From positions 928,001 to 992,000 of the forward strand of contig OY762428.1 in assembly GCA_963665665.1 (NCBI GenBank): a DNA stretch of 64,000 nt. Direction: 5' to 3'. This document shows, one piece after another, positions 49,412 to 59,723 of this stretch (position 1 is the first letter of the stretch; every line of letters starts with the position of its first letter). The position numbers and the translations under genes were made by a program. The stretch comes from Candidatus Kapaibacterium sp. (GTDB taxonomy: Bacteria; Bacteroidota; Ignavibacteria; Kapaibacteriales; UBA2268). Under the pieces are notes generated by a model. The model saw nothing but the letters and a program-made list of their open reading frames with translations. It ran no database searches and was not told the DNA's origin.

Positions 49412-51043
49412 TTAGAACTTCAACACGGCGCCTGCTTTGGCAAACAAATTCCGGCCCTTGTAATTCTGCCAGATAAATTTATCGGAATTCAGCAAGTTCT
49501 CCAGGCTTAAAAATACACAGAAATTGCCGCTTACCCAATAATCAGAGTAAATTCCAATATCCGGAACAGCATCCAGCTCTACCTTATTATCAATATCGGC
49601 ATATCTGCTGCCAAAATAAAGTATTTCAATTTCCGTGCCAAAGTCAGAAGTCCATAAGTGCCTGTATTTCAAGTATATATCCAATGCTGGCATATATGGC
49701 AACTGATTATTATTATCCATATTTGTAATATTGAAACTTAATCCGCCGGATAATTTGTTCTTATCGTCCACTTGCCAAAAACCACTGCCGGATATTTTTA
49801 AAATATCAGCATCAGGATAAATCAGACTAAAGGTTCCGGTATCGGCTAAAGCAAAAACCGGCTGACGCTCGGACATCTTGTAGGTAAGCCCGGTATAAAA
49901 CCCCTTCTTATCATCGGGATGATAATTATAAAAAAGGCTGATATCTGCCAGGTTATATGCAAAATCGATAATTGCCGAATCAGAAATATAGGGATTCCGC
50001 CTGTACATTTCGGAAAAGCTGTTTATATCAGTTCCCGATGAAATATTGCCATCAATTGTAGATCTTTCATTAAGCTTAATTTCGATATCGGCATCAAGCA
50101 ACAATCCGCTTCTGTTTATATCAATTGAATTGCTTGCTGTACGGAAACCGGCCTGAAGGCTTATCATAAAGTTATCGTTCCTATATGCCCCAAAAGCACT
50201 TCCTTCAAGAAAATTCATTCCTGTTCCGTTATATGAACGCAGATCGATATTAATTTTCCCACCCATGGAGAATTTATTAACCATATTTCTTATCGAAAGG
50301 TAACCGTTCAGCCCGTTATCAGAAGCATCTGCACTCTTGCCGCTAAGCGACAGTGATTCAAAAAAAGCACCTGTACTGAACTGATAGCCTTCATATTCAC
50401 CCTCTGAATCAACACCTGCTTTGATATCCATTGCATTTCTGTCCGGAGCATTTTCCAGTGCATAAAGATTGTAAGCATCATTTTTCAGATTTAAAAATAT
50501 GCGGGTTTTACTTCCTCCGAATATCCAGTATTTATCCGGAGCTATATAATCTGATTTAGCATTCAGGAATATCTTATTATAATCGGCATTATCAATATGC
50601 CCCTTGCTTATCTCAAGCCCTCCGTTCATAAAGAATTTATATCCATTCAAATCAAAACCATAGCCGCCTTCAAATTCAGGTGTGGAAAAGCGTCCGAATG
50701 ATCCTTTCAGATATCCTGCCTTTACAGGTTTTTCTTCCAGCCCGTCTGGTAGTGGCTCTGGCGGCAGAAGCAGTGACTGGAGTTTTTCCAGTGAATTCAG
50801 CGAATCAAGATCCCGGCCTGACATAGACTGAGGCTTATCAGGAAACTGCTTTATACCCGAACGGATGTCGATATTGGCTTTGCCAACAATTATCATCTCA
50901 GGCATCGGAAGCGGCTCGCTATTGGATTCTCTTTCCTGGGCAAAAGCCTGTCCAATTGCAATAATCGCTGTTATCAATATTACAGGAAAATATCTCATTC
51001 TGTTTTCGAGTATTATTTTTTCTTTTATTTTCATAATAATCAT
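49412..51043 (-). CDS. Outer-membrane beta-barrel protein (TonB-dependent-receptor-like)
   Basis: Signal peptide (start may be ATG 50998), amphipathic strands, LENLLN...GRNLFAKAGAVLKF terminus. Follows the TPR gene. Confidence 0.72.
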   Translation of the reverse strand: MIIMKIKEKIILENRMRYFPVILITAIIAIGQAFAQERESNSEPLPMPEMIIVGKANIDIRSGIKQFPDKPQSMSGRDLDSLNSLEKLQSLLLPPEPLPDGLEEKPVKAGYLKGSFGRFSTPEFEGGYGFDLNGYKFFMNGGLEISKGHIDNADYNKIFLNAKSDYIAPDKYWIFGGSKTRIFLNLKNDAYNLYALENAPDRNAMDIKAGVDSEGEYEGYQFSTGAFFESLSLSGKSADASDNGLNGYLSIRNMVNKFSMGGKINIDLRSYNGTGMNFLEGSAFGAYRNDNFMISLQAGFRTASNSIDINRSGLLLDADIEIKLNERSTIDGNISSGTDINSFSEMYRRNPYISDSAIIDFAYNLADISLFYNYHPDDKKGFYTGLTYKMSERQPVFALADTGTFSLIYPDADILKISGSGFWQVDDKNKLSGGLSFNITNMDNNNQLPYMPALDIYLKYRHLWTSDFGTEIEILYFGSRYADIDNKVELDAVPDIGIYSDYWVSGNFCVFLSLENLLNSDKFIWQNYKGRNLFAKAGAVLKF

Positions 51044-51053
51044 TTACAATCAA

Positions 51054-54000
51054 TTATAATTTCTTTTTCAATCGTTTAATTCTTCTATTGGCTGTTTTGC
51101 CAAAATCACTTTCCGGGTCAAGGGCTTCAAGGCTCTGATAAGTTTCAATAGCAGTATTGTAGTCCTCAATTTTTTCATAGCATTCGCCAAGATTCATCAG
51201 CGACAGGGAATACCACTCTGTAAATTCCTGGAAGTTATCACAATATTTTCTGAAAGCGAAAATTGCTTTGTCGTACTCTTCCTCTCGGAAATGAAGTTCT
51301 CCAATCCTGTATTGTGCCTCGGCAGCAATTTCAAGATTATATTTATTATCAGCCAGGATTTCAAATTCCATGCGAGCGGAATCATTCATTCTTTTCGACC
51401 TTAGATACATGGCAATTTTCCACCTGCTCTGCAACCCGTGGTCAAGATTTGGATAAGTATCGGCAATTGTTCGGTATATATTCATTGCCGCAACGGTATC
51501 GCCAATGGAGTATTTGATAACAGCTCTTTCAAATCCAGCCTGTGCTGCATTCTGATCTTTCGGGTATTCCCTTTGCAATATTGTAAAAATTGAATCTGCA
51601 CGATCAATTTCACCTATACTTTTTCGCATCAATGCAAGCTCAAGCATACCGGCAGGCACATATTCGCTATCGGGAAATTTTCTTTTCAGACTATTGAATA
51701 CTTCAGCCGCCTTATCATTTTCATTCATAGAAATATAACTTTTCTCCATCCAGTAAAGAGCTTCGGCAGTTTTTTCTCCTGAAGGATATTTCCTGACAAA
51801 TTCATCAAATTCCTTGATTGCATCAGTATATTTTCTGCCGGAATAAAACATATTTCCCTTTTTGAATTTGAATTCTTCAGCAAAAGGAGAATCCGGATTG
51901 ATAGCAATATAATTTTCAGCAATGGCAATTGCCTGCTCCGTCATATCCAGTAGCTCATAAGCCTGCTGTATATTTTTCAAAGCCTCGGGGGCCAGCGGAT
52001 TGGATGGGTAGGAATCAATTATTATTTTGTAAAATTCGATAGCCTTCTCATAATTTTCCATATTATAATAAGAATCGGCAATTGAATAATAGGCTTTTGC
52101 TACCAGTTCACTCTGTGGATATGCCTGGATGAGGTAGTTGAAATCTGCTATTGCTTCGTTATATTTACCCTGCTGAAAACGAATCCAGCCTATCAGGTAA
52201 AGAGAATATGGTGCAAATTGGGAAGAAGGGTAAACCCTTACGAAGTCTATCAAAGAACTGATCGATTTCTCGTATGCGCCCTTTCGATAATAAACAAACC
52301 CAAGCTGATAGGCAGCATATTGCCCCTCGTTAGTATTCGGTGCCATCCTTTTTGCCTGCTCGTAAGCTGCCGCAGCCCTGCTGTAACTCCTGACATAAAA
52401 GTAACCATCCCCCTGCCGGGCAAGAACTTCTATTTTAAATTTTGTTTCCGGAAAATCTTTAATAAGCTGGTCAAAAGCCTTAGAGGATTTTGAAAATTCC
52501 TGAAGACGGAACCGGCTCCAGCCAAGGCCGTACAAGGATTCTTCCTTCCTCGGGCTGGCAGGATATTTCTTAAGTAAATTGGCATAGGTAAGCGCTGCAT
52601 TTTTTAGCATCTCGCTGCGGAAATATGCCTCTGCAAGCCAGAACATTGCCTCATCTTCCTTTGATTTATGGCCTTTTTCTCCAATATATGACAAAAGAAC
52701 CGGTATAGCCTCGCCACTTCTGTGATTTTTCACCAGTGCAATACCTCTTTTCAGCCTTGCCTCGGCAATATACCAGTCTCTTTGCGGCATTAGAATCTTA
52801 CTGCTTTTAAGTGCTATCTGTTCAGCATTATAATACTGTGTTTCTGCTTTGGACCAACGGCCAATTTCCATGTAACTTGCACCAAGAAGTAAATTTATCC
52901 TGACCATTGCCATTGCATCAAGCGCCTCCCTGTTAGCTCTTTCAAGTGTTCTTCTTGCCTGCTCGTAATCTCCTTCCTCGTAATATATCTGGCCAAGTTC
53001 AAGCAATACAAGCCCGAGATAGAGATAGTTCGGCTGAACAGAAAGTGCAGACAATTCATTTCGTGCGGTATTTTTTTCGCCGGTACGGGACAAAGCTATT
53101 GTTCTGTATAATTTTGAAATATCTCTTATTCGTGACAGGTCATCATCCTTCAGGTCATATATAATTTCATCATAATAGTTCAAAGCCTGCCCGTATTGGC
53201 CCTGGTTCATGTGTGCCCATCCAAGTCCAAGGCGAACGTAATTTTTCAATGGTGATTCGTAGAAGGTATTCAGGAATACTTCAAAGTTGCTTATTGCCAG
53301 CTTAAAATTAGCAGAAAGGTTATAAGCCTCACCCTTAAGATACTGGATATCCTCGAAAGGATGCGAAATATAGGTTTGTTTTTCGTAGAGAAGGCCTGTT
53401 GAATCCTTATCCGCAATATGTCGGTAGGCTATTTCAGCTTCCTTCAACAACACGAGTGCATGGTTCGGATCCCTGAGCGACAGACGGTTATTAGCTTCCC
53501 TGATAAGTGAAGCAATAAAAGAATTTGATTTTTTATAATTCCTTGATATTGTTGAGAAATGCTCTATGGCATTTTCATATTTCCTGTTTATCTCGGCGCT
53601 TTGCCCGAGAGCAAAAATCGCATCATCAGAATATTGGCCGCCGGGATAAACCTGGCTGCAATTGTCAAAAACCGGAACGGCATCCTGATATTTCCCCTGC
53701 TGAACCATTGATATTCCCTGCCAGTACCTGGCGGCATGCATCATTGTTCTGTAATTGGTATCATTCCTTTTTTTAAACTCTTCGCTGTTAACAAGAAAAG
53801 CTGATGCAAAATTAATTTCAGAATTCTTATAATCTTTTGCCTGAAGAGAGATATAACCTTTCAAAAGTGCAGCGTAGCCCCTCAGTGGAGAATTAGTCCT
53901 TTGTTTAATAAAATTTGCCAGATTTGCCTGTGCAATTTTATTATTGCCCTGCTTTTTATCAATAAGAGCCTGGAGTATGATCGATCTGTCAGAATTAAGT

Positions 54001-54197
54001 GTGGTTTTGTAATTATCCAGATCCGATAGCAACTCCATCTCAGCCAGGTTAATCAGCCCCTCGTCATATAATATTTGAGATTCATCAACAGTCCCGTATT
54101 CGGCAGGTATAAGAATACTACCGAATTCGGCATGAACCGGAATGGTGTAGAGAAATACAAGTGTTGTAAAAATCAGATACTTCATTCGCATTATCAT
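51054..54197 (-). CDS. Large periplasmic tetratricopeptide-repeat protein
   Basis: Signal peptide and many TPR units (YPxS...A.Y.LG). Confidence 0.9.
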   Translation of the reverse strand: MIMRMKYLIFTTLVFLYTIPVHAEFGSILIPAEYGTVDESQILYDEGLINLAEMELLSDLDNYKTTLNSDRSIILQALIDKKQGNNKIAQANLANFIKQRTNSPLRGYAALLKGYISLQAKDYKNSEINFASAFLVNSEEFKKRNDTNYRTMMHAARYWQGISMVQQGKYQDAVPVFDNCSQVYPGGQYSDDAIFALGQSAEINRKYENAIEHFSTISRNYKKSNSFIASLIREANNRLSLRDPNHALVLLKEAEIAYRHIADKDSTGLLYEKQTYISHPFEDIQYLKGEAYNLSANFKLAISNFEVFLNTFYESPLKNYVRLGLGWAHMNQGQYGQALNYYDEIIYDLKDDDLSRIRDISKLYRTIALSRTGEKNTARNELSALSVQPNYLYLGLVLLELGQIYYEEGDYEQARRTLERANREALDAMAMVRINLLLGASYMEIGRWSKAETQYYNAEQIALKSSKILMPQRDWYIAEARLKRGIALVKNHRSGEAIPVLLSYIGEKGHKSKEDEAMFWLAEAYFRSEMLKNAALTYANLLKKYPASPRKEESLYGLGWSRFRLQEFSKSSKAFDQLIKDFPETKFKIEVLARQGDGYFYVRSYSRAAAAYEQAKRMAPNTNEGQYAAYQLGFVYYRKGAYEKSISSLIDFVRVYPSSQFAPYSLYLIGWIRFQQGKYNEAIADFNYLIQAYPQSELVAKAYYSIADSYYNMENYEKAIEFYKIIIDSYPSNPLAPEALKNIQQAYELLDMTEQAIAIAENYIAINPDSPFAEEFKFKKGNMFYSGRKYTDAIKEFDEFVRKYPSGEKTAEALYWMEKSYISMNENDKAAEVFNSLKRKFPDSEYVPAGMLELALMRKSIGEIDRADSIFTILQREYPKDQNAAQAGFERAVIKYSIGDTVAAMNIYRTIADTYPNLDHGLQSRWKIAMYLRSKRMNDSARMEFEILADNKYNLEIAAEAQYRIGELHFREEEYDKAIFAFRKYCDNFQEFTEWYSLSLMNLGECYEKIEDYNTAIETYQSLEALDPESDFGKTANRRIKRLKKKL

Positions 54198-54332
54198 GTC
54201 CGCATTATCATAAAAATATAAAGATAAGTCTGACTGTATATAATATTTATATCAATCAAGACATTATGCTGCGTTTAAAATTAAGAAATATTTATTTCAA
54301 ATGCTAAATATTAATGATGCTGTAGAAGATTT

Positions 54333-54383
54333 TATACACGGTATAGCGTGGTTATTTCTTATACCCACGGTATACTGCGGATA
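54333..54383. repeat. Two degenerate CACGGTATA hairpin units (REP-like)
   Basis: TATACACGGTATAGCGTGGTTA and TACCCACGGTATACTGCGGATA in tandem. Confidence 0.4.
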
Positions 54384-54490
54384 GTTAGGTGGTGGAGCTA
54401 ATTCTAATAGAACAATATGTTTAAAAAATAACAACTATATAGCCGAACAGTAATTTTGCTTATATGATTAATTTTTCATTTCCAGTAATT

Positions 54491-54868
54491 TTATTTTTCG
54501 GGGGATTCAAAGCCACAGGATTTGGCTAAAATATCGCATAGCTCCCGCTTTTGACGGGAAGAAAGTTCTTCGGCGCATGATGAACCAGTGCTTTCCACGG
54601 TATTCCGTTGAACAATTTTATTTTTCGATCCACTTGCTGCCATTTTGTCAGTACATTTTTTATTCCCAAAATTTATCCCGAAAAATATAACATATACAAA
54701 TGCTACAATTCCGGCGGATTCAAGAAATCCGGGAGGCCTGACATCAAGGTATTCACTTAGAAGCAATTCAAAACCATACGAGATAATAAATGACAGAACA
54801 CAAAGAAGCCCGGCCGTGAAAAGTATAAATATCACTGACCGGGCTGCATTATTTAAAAATGTGTTCAT
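54491..54868 (-). CDS. Small membrane protein downstream of the ECF sigma
   Basis: Two hydrophobic helices and a Cys-containing tail. Confidence 0.65.
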   Translation of the reverse strand: MNTFLNNAARSVIFILFTAGLLCVLSFIISYGFELLLSEYLDVRPPGFLESAGIVAFVYVIFFGINFGNKKCTDKMAASGSKNKIVQRNTVESTGSSCAEELSSRQKRELCDILAKSCGFESPEK

Positions 54869-54950
54869 ATCTTCCGTCTTTAATACTGATTCATCAACTA
54901 AATGAACTGACGAAGTTCAATTAATAATATTGACGGAAAACTGCAAAAGC

Positions 54951-55562
54951 CTAATTTTCGCTCAAAGACTCGTACAAATCTTTCAGGCGTTTGCGCAAAT
55001 GAAGCACTGCATAACGTTTACGTGCAAGCAGAGTGTTAATATTAACGCCTGTTTCTTCGCTCATTTCCCTGAAAGAAACACCTTCAAATTCATTACGTAC
55101 AAACACTTCTCTTTGCTCGTCGGGAAGTTCTGCAAGGCCTTCCTGAACTGATTCCCAGATTGTCTTCCTTACCAGGTCGCTTTCAGGATCAGCTCCTACA
55201 TCGCTGAGAAAATTCTCGAAAGTATCAACGCCGTCTTCAGCCTGGCCCGGAGTCTGCATATCCGAGAAGGTTTCTGCGCGTTTTTTTCTGTATGAGTCAA
55301 TAATTCTGTTTCTTACCGCTGTGAATACCCAGGAAGCAATATTTTCAATTGGTTTCTGTACATTCTGGGATGCGGCAAGAACGTTTGTGAATACGTCCTG
55401 CAGAATATCTTCTGCTTCTTCCTGGCTTCTTACTCTCTGGCGAATAAAACCAAGGAATTTCTTGCGGTCTGTTTTGAACAGGTTTTCTATTTGCAAGGTT
55501 AAATCCATAACACCCCTCCTGTCTGAGATTTCATTTTGACAATTATTTTTAAGTTCGGCCAT
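54951..55562 (-). CDS. ECF RNA polymerase sigma factor
   Basis: EAEDILQDVF, WVFTAVRNRIIDSYRKK, LPDEQREVF...GVSFREMSEETGVNINTLLARKRYAV. Confidence 0.93.
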   Translation of the reverse strand: MAELKNNCQNEISDRRGVMDLTLQIENLFKTDRKKFLGFIRQRVRSQEEAEDILQDVFTNVLAASQNVQKPIENIASWVFTAVRNRIIDSYRKKRAETFSDMQTPGQAEDGVDTFENFLSDVGADPESDLVRKTIWESVQEGLAELPDEQREVFVRNEFEGVSFREMSEETGVNINTLLARKRYAVLHLRKRLKDLYESLSEN

Positions 55563-55690
55563 ACCTTATTTTCACCCTGCTTTGCCGTGGCAAAGCTTCT
55601 TGTTACCGTTAATTAATTCTGTATAAAAAATATCATCCGACCTCTTTTTTATGTCAACGAAACCTGGTTTTAAAATAGGTGTCTCATAAT

Positions 55691-55719
55691 AATGACACAT
55701 ATTTAATCAAAAAGTTTCA
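55691..55719 (-). promoter_or_regulatory. ECF-type promoter TGAAACTTTTTGATTAAATATGTGTCATT
   Basis: Third copy of the 29-nt motif, upstream of the second ECF sigma. Confidence 0.68.
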
Positions 55720-56060
55720 AAAAGAATAATAAATTTTTTTAATTTTTCAAATACATGACAAACTGTCATATCAAAACTACTCTACAGTAATACATGAAAT
55801 TATTGTGCCAATTTTCTCTTTGTTGATAACTACCTGCTTCGTCCAAATATAATATTTAACATTAGAATTCAATTTATTTTAATAAATTGAACCAAAACCC
55901 TTTAAAATTGTCAAAAAACAACAATTTACAAGTGTAAAATTAAGATATTTTCATAAAAAAACAAAAAGAACATGAAAAATTTATAAAATCATGTTCTTCG
56001 CATTTACTTATTTGAATTTCCGCTACGCATAAGATTGCCAAAATGTCCTGACAATTTTTC

Positions 56061-57383
56061 CTATACTTTTTTAATAAATCTGCCGAAAAGGTCGTAGTAA
56101 TCAGCTTCCTCAATTTCAGCAATAATAAAATCGCCGGCATTCAGCTCATCATCAGAACGAATATAAACTCCGTTATCCACCTCCGGGGCATCCCATTGCG
56201 TTCTGCCAACATAATAATCTTCAGATTCGCCGTCAATAACGATCTTTAATTGTTTTCCTACAAGAGCTTCATTCTTTTTTAGTGATATTTCAGATTGAAG
56301 CTTCATAATTATATCAAGTCGTTCAGCTTTTCTGCTTTCTCTGACACTATCACCCAGTTCAAAAGCAGGAGTATTTTCTTCCTGCGAATATGTAAAGACT
56401 CCTACCCTTTCAAGTTCAATATCAGCAACAAAATCTTTCAGCTCTTCAAATTCTTCCCGGCCTTCATTCGGATAGCCAACAATGAAAGCTGTTCGTATCA
56501 TTACATCATTAATTCTGTTTCTTATCTCTGCGATTAGATTTCGTATCCCTTCGCCATCAATTCCCCGAAGCATTGAGCGGAGCACTTTATCGGAAATATG
56601 CTGCAAAGGTATATCAACATACTTGCAAATATTATCTTTCTCGTTGATCACATCAAGAACATCCATTGGAAATTTGGTTGGATAGGTGTACATAAGCCTT
56701 ATCCATTCCACGCCCGGGATTTCCGACAGGTCTGCCAGGAGTTCGGCAAGTGCAGGCTTGCCGTATATATCGCGCCCGTAGTAGGTTGTATCCTGGGCAA
56801 CAATACAAAATTCTTTAGTACCGTTTTCTGCAAGGAGGCTTACTTCTTTAATAATTCTTTCCCTTGGTATTGACCGGTGTTTGCCCCTTATATGGGGAAT
56901 AGCACAGAAAGAACAGGGGTGATCGCATCCTTCGGATATTTTTATATATGCATAATGCCTTGGTGTAAGCTCTCGTTGATTACCAATATGATCATATTTA
57001 TAAACTCCTGCAAGTTCAGTTACAATATCCTCTGTGCTGTCAACCCCGAAAAATCTGTCAACCTCAGGCAATTGCGCTTCAAGCTCTTTTTTATATCTTT
57101 GGGAAAGACAGCCGGTAACGTATACTCTTTTCAAAATGCCCTGCTTTTTCATTTCGCAGGCTTCCAGTATCATACTGATATTTTCTTCTTTTGCGGGCTT
57201 GATAAAACCGCATGTATTGATAATAATTGCATCAGCATTGTGAAATTCCTGTGTATATTTTATCCCGTTTATTTTCAATTGAGAAATAAATTCTTCAGAA
57301 TCAACCACATTCTTGCTGCACCCGAGAGTTAAAACGGCCACATTTTCTACTCTGTCTTTTTCCTTAATTTTATTTTTAGCCAT
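56061..57383 (-). CDS. rimO: Ribosomal protein S12 methylthiotransferase
   Basis: TLGCSKNVVDSE, INTCGFI, YIKISEGCDHPCSFCAIP, DAPEVD TRAM domain. Confidence 0.96.
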   Translation of the reverse strand: MAKNKIKEKDRVENVAVLTLGCSKNVVDSEEFISQLKINGIKYTQEFHNADAIIINTCGFIKPAKEENISMILEACEMKKQGILKRVYVTGCLSQRYKKELEAQLPEVDRFFGVDSTEDIVTELAGVYKYDHIGNQRELTPRHYAYIKISEGCDHPCSFCAIPHIRGKHRSIPRERIIKEVSLLAENGTKEFCIVAQDTTYYGRDIYGKPALAELLADLSEIPGVEWIRLMYTYPTKFPMDVLDVINEKDNICKYVDIPLQHISDKVLRSMLRGIDGEGIRNLIAEIRNRINDVMIRTAFIVGYPNEGREEFEELKDFVADIELERVGVFTYSQEENTPAFELGDSVRESRKAERLDIIMKLQSEISLKKNEALVGKQLKIVIDGESEDYYVGRTQWDAPEVDNGVYIRSDDELNAGDFIIAEIEEADYYDLFGRFIKKV

Positions 57384-57470
57384 TTGATCACCATTCCAAA
57401 TCATTACACAAACAATGCCATTAAAACAACCCTATTCTTCATTCATCCATTTATGTAAATATAATAAATT

Positions 57471-58109
57471 TTATTCAGTTATAGTAATAAATTCACTAAC
57501 ATTATCATAACCTGCACCAGCCCTTATCAATTCAAATTCCCCGGATGTCATGTCTATCACAGTAGATGGGCCGGTAAATGAATATTCGTCAGAACTTACA
57601 ACAAGATCAACACGTTTTTTAAAAATATCGATTACTTCATCCGGATCGTTAATATATTCATCATTATGCTTTGCTGAAATTGAGATCATAGGAGCATCAA
57701 GTTCTTTCAATATAAGTTGATTAAGAACTGAATCAGGAACCCTGATCCCCGCAGTTTTTCTTTTTGGGTTCTGTGCAAAGTTTGGAACATTCCTCGAAGC
57801 CGGCAGAATAAATGTGTAAGGCCCCGGTATCAGGGCTTTTATTGTTTTATAGGCATCATCATTTACTTTTGCAAATTCGGAAATATTCGAAAGCGAACTA
57901 CAAAGAAAGGTCAACTGATTTTTTAATGTCAATTTCCTGAGCTGACGGATACGGTTGATCGCATTTTTATTCGAGAGCCTGCAACCGAGAGCAAAACCTG
58001 TATCGCTGGGATATAATATTACCGCGCCTTCTCTCAGCTCATCGGCAACTTTTTTTATTTTTCTTATTTCCGGAGTTTGGCTGTGAATATTGAGTAACAA
58101 AGCTTCCAT
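57471..58109 (-). CDS. L-threonylcarbamoyladenylate synthase family protein (SUA5/YciO/TsaC)
   Basis: ILYPSDTGFALGC, IPGPYTFIL, AGIRVPD, PSTVIDM...RAGAG. Confidence 0.9.
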   Translation of the reverse strand: MEALLLNIHSQTPEIRKIKKVADELREGAVILYPSDTGFALGCRLSNKNAINRIRQLRKLTLKNQLTFLCSSLSNISEFAKVNDDAYKTIKALIPGPYTFILPASRNVPNFAQNPKRKTAGIRVPDSVLNQLILKELDAPMISISAKHNDEYINDPDEVIDIFKKRVDLVVSSDEYSFTGPSTVIDMTSGEFELIRAGAGYDNVSEFITITE

Positions 58110-58355
58110 GACATCCTCGACAATCAACTTTTTATAATTTATCCAAATAATGGAAAGCAAATTACAAAAAAAACAGACATACAGTTTTATCTGTAATTCC
58201 TAAAATACTTTGGCATGGCTTGTAAATATTATGCAGTTAAGCAAAACTGCCAGGCATAAAAGTTAAATACAGGAAAGACTTCAGGTAAATCTGTCATAAA
58301 ATTTATTTCAGGCCCTATGATCAAGGTATCATAAAACGATATGAAAAACTGGTTC

Positions 58356-58805
58356 TTAGAATGTTATTATATTAATCACCAATTTTTTTTCTTTTTCATT
58401 TAATTCAAAAGAAGCATCCTCGAATGAAGGTGGCCCGAAATTACCTTTTGCATCATTCGATGTTCCAAGCCCCTCATTAGGAATACCGATCCAGTTAGTA
58501 TCTATCTCGCCGTCATTGTCCTCATCGTGATGAACACTGATAGCATATTTTCCATAAGGAATATTTTTTAAGATAAAAACTGCTTTCTTGTTTTTTATAT
58601 CTATTACTACTCTTTTCAAGGCATCATTCTGTTCACCGGGGAAAGAATCATCTTTATCGGGAGTAAAAAGAAGAAGCCTTGCCTTACCGCTATTATTCTC
58701 AAATCCTTTCACTACCACTTTCAAAGTACCTGTTTTATCCCCGGCAAAACTACTAACCGACGGGATTATAAGTATTATTAGAAGAAAAATGGGCATTAAT
58801 TTCAT
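58356..58805 (-). CDS. DUF2141-family exported protein
   Basis: GKYAISVHHDEDNDG...GIPNEGLGTSN...GPPSFEDASF. Confidence 0.88.
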   Translation of the reverse strand: MKLMPIFLLIILIIPSVSSFAGDKTGTLKVVVKGFENNSGKARLLLFTPDKDDSFPGEQNDALKRVVIDIKNKKAVFILKNIPYGKYAISVHHDEDNDGEIDTNWIGIPNEGLGTSNDAKGNFGPPSFEDASFELNEKEKKLVINIITF

Positions 58806-58979
58806 AATGAACCACCGCTAAATGTTTTCAAATTTTTTTAGTAGAACGAATTACAATATTAAATATGATATTTTTGCGGCTATTTTTCAGCTATATTTAG
58901 CTGATAAACAAAAAATGCTTAAATTTGTAGCTTGTATTAATTATAATTTTGTTTACCGGACAAATTACGGGCAAATATA

Positions 58980-59723
58980 ATGGGCAGGTTACGAATTAAA
59001 AACGTCAGCATAGCGTTCGGAGAAAGAAAGGTTCTTAATAACCTTAGCCTTGACGTGTGGGACGGACATATACACGCTATTGTAGGGCCAAACGGAGCCG
59101 GAAAATCCACTCTTGCATCAATTATTATGGGCAGGGAAGGATTTGGAAACTTCACCGGCGAAGTATTCTGGGAAGGCGAATGTATCAACGACTTAAAGAT
59201 AGATGAAAGAGCCAGAAGGGGTATTACATATACCTGGCAGGAACCGGCAAGGTTCGAAGGTCTTTCAATTGAAGCATTTATTAAAGCTTCAGCAAAAGAT
59301 AAATCCAAAGAAAACATCAGGAAAGCCCTTGAAACCGTAGGGCTCGATCCGGATAAGTACATGACAAGAGCCGTTGATAAAACTCTCAGCGGCGGTGAAA
59401 GAAAAAAAGCCGAGCTGGCTTCCATTCTTGTTATGGAACCCAAGCTTGTTCTCCTGGACGAGCCGGATTCAGGTATTGATGTGGCTTCTTTAAACAAAAT
59501 TTTTGATGTTATTAAAATATTAAAAGACAAAGGCGCTACGATCATAATGATAACTCACAGCGAAACAGTTCTTGAACAGGCTGAACATGCTTTCCTGCTT
59601 TGCAACGGGAAACTGGTCAGCAAGGGAGTTACAGATCAGATTTCATCCTTTTATCTTGATATGTGCAACCTTTGCGACCATAAAAACGAACCTATGTACG
59701 AAATCAACACGGAGATACAATGA
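58980..59723 (+). CDS. sufC: SufC-like ABC ATPase (minimal SufCB/SMS-type Fe-S system)
   Basis: GPNGAGKST, LSGGERKKAELA, LLDEPDSGID, C-terminal CxxC. Coupled to the sufB-like gene. Confidence 0.8.
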   Translation: MGRLRIKNVSIAFGERKVLNNLSLDVWDGHIHAIVGPNGAGKSTLASIIMGREGFGNFTGEVFWEGECINDLKIDERARRGITYTWQEPARFEGLSIEAFIKASAKDKSKENIRKALETVGLDPDKYMTRAVDKTLSGGERKKAELASILVMEPKLVLLDEPDSGIDVASLNKIFDVIKILKDKGATIIMITHSETVLEQAEHAFLLCNGKLVSKGVTDQISSFYLDMCNLCDHKNEPMYEINTEIQ

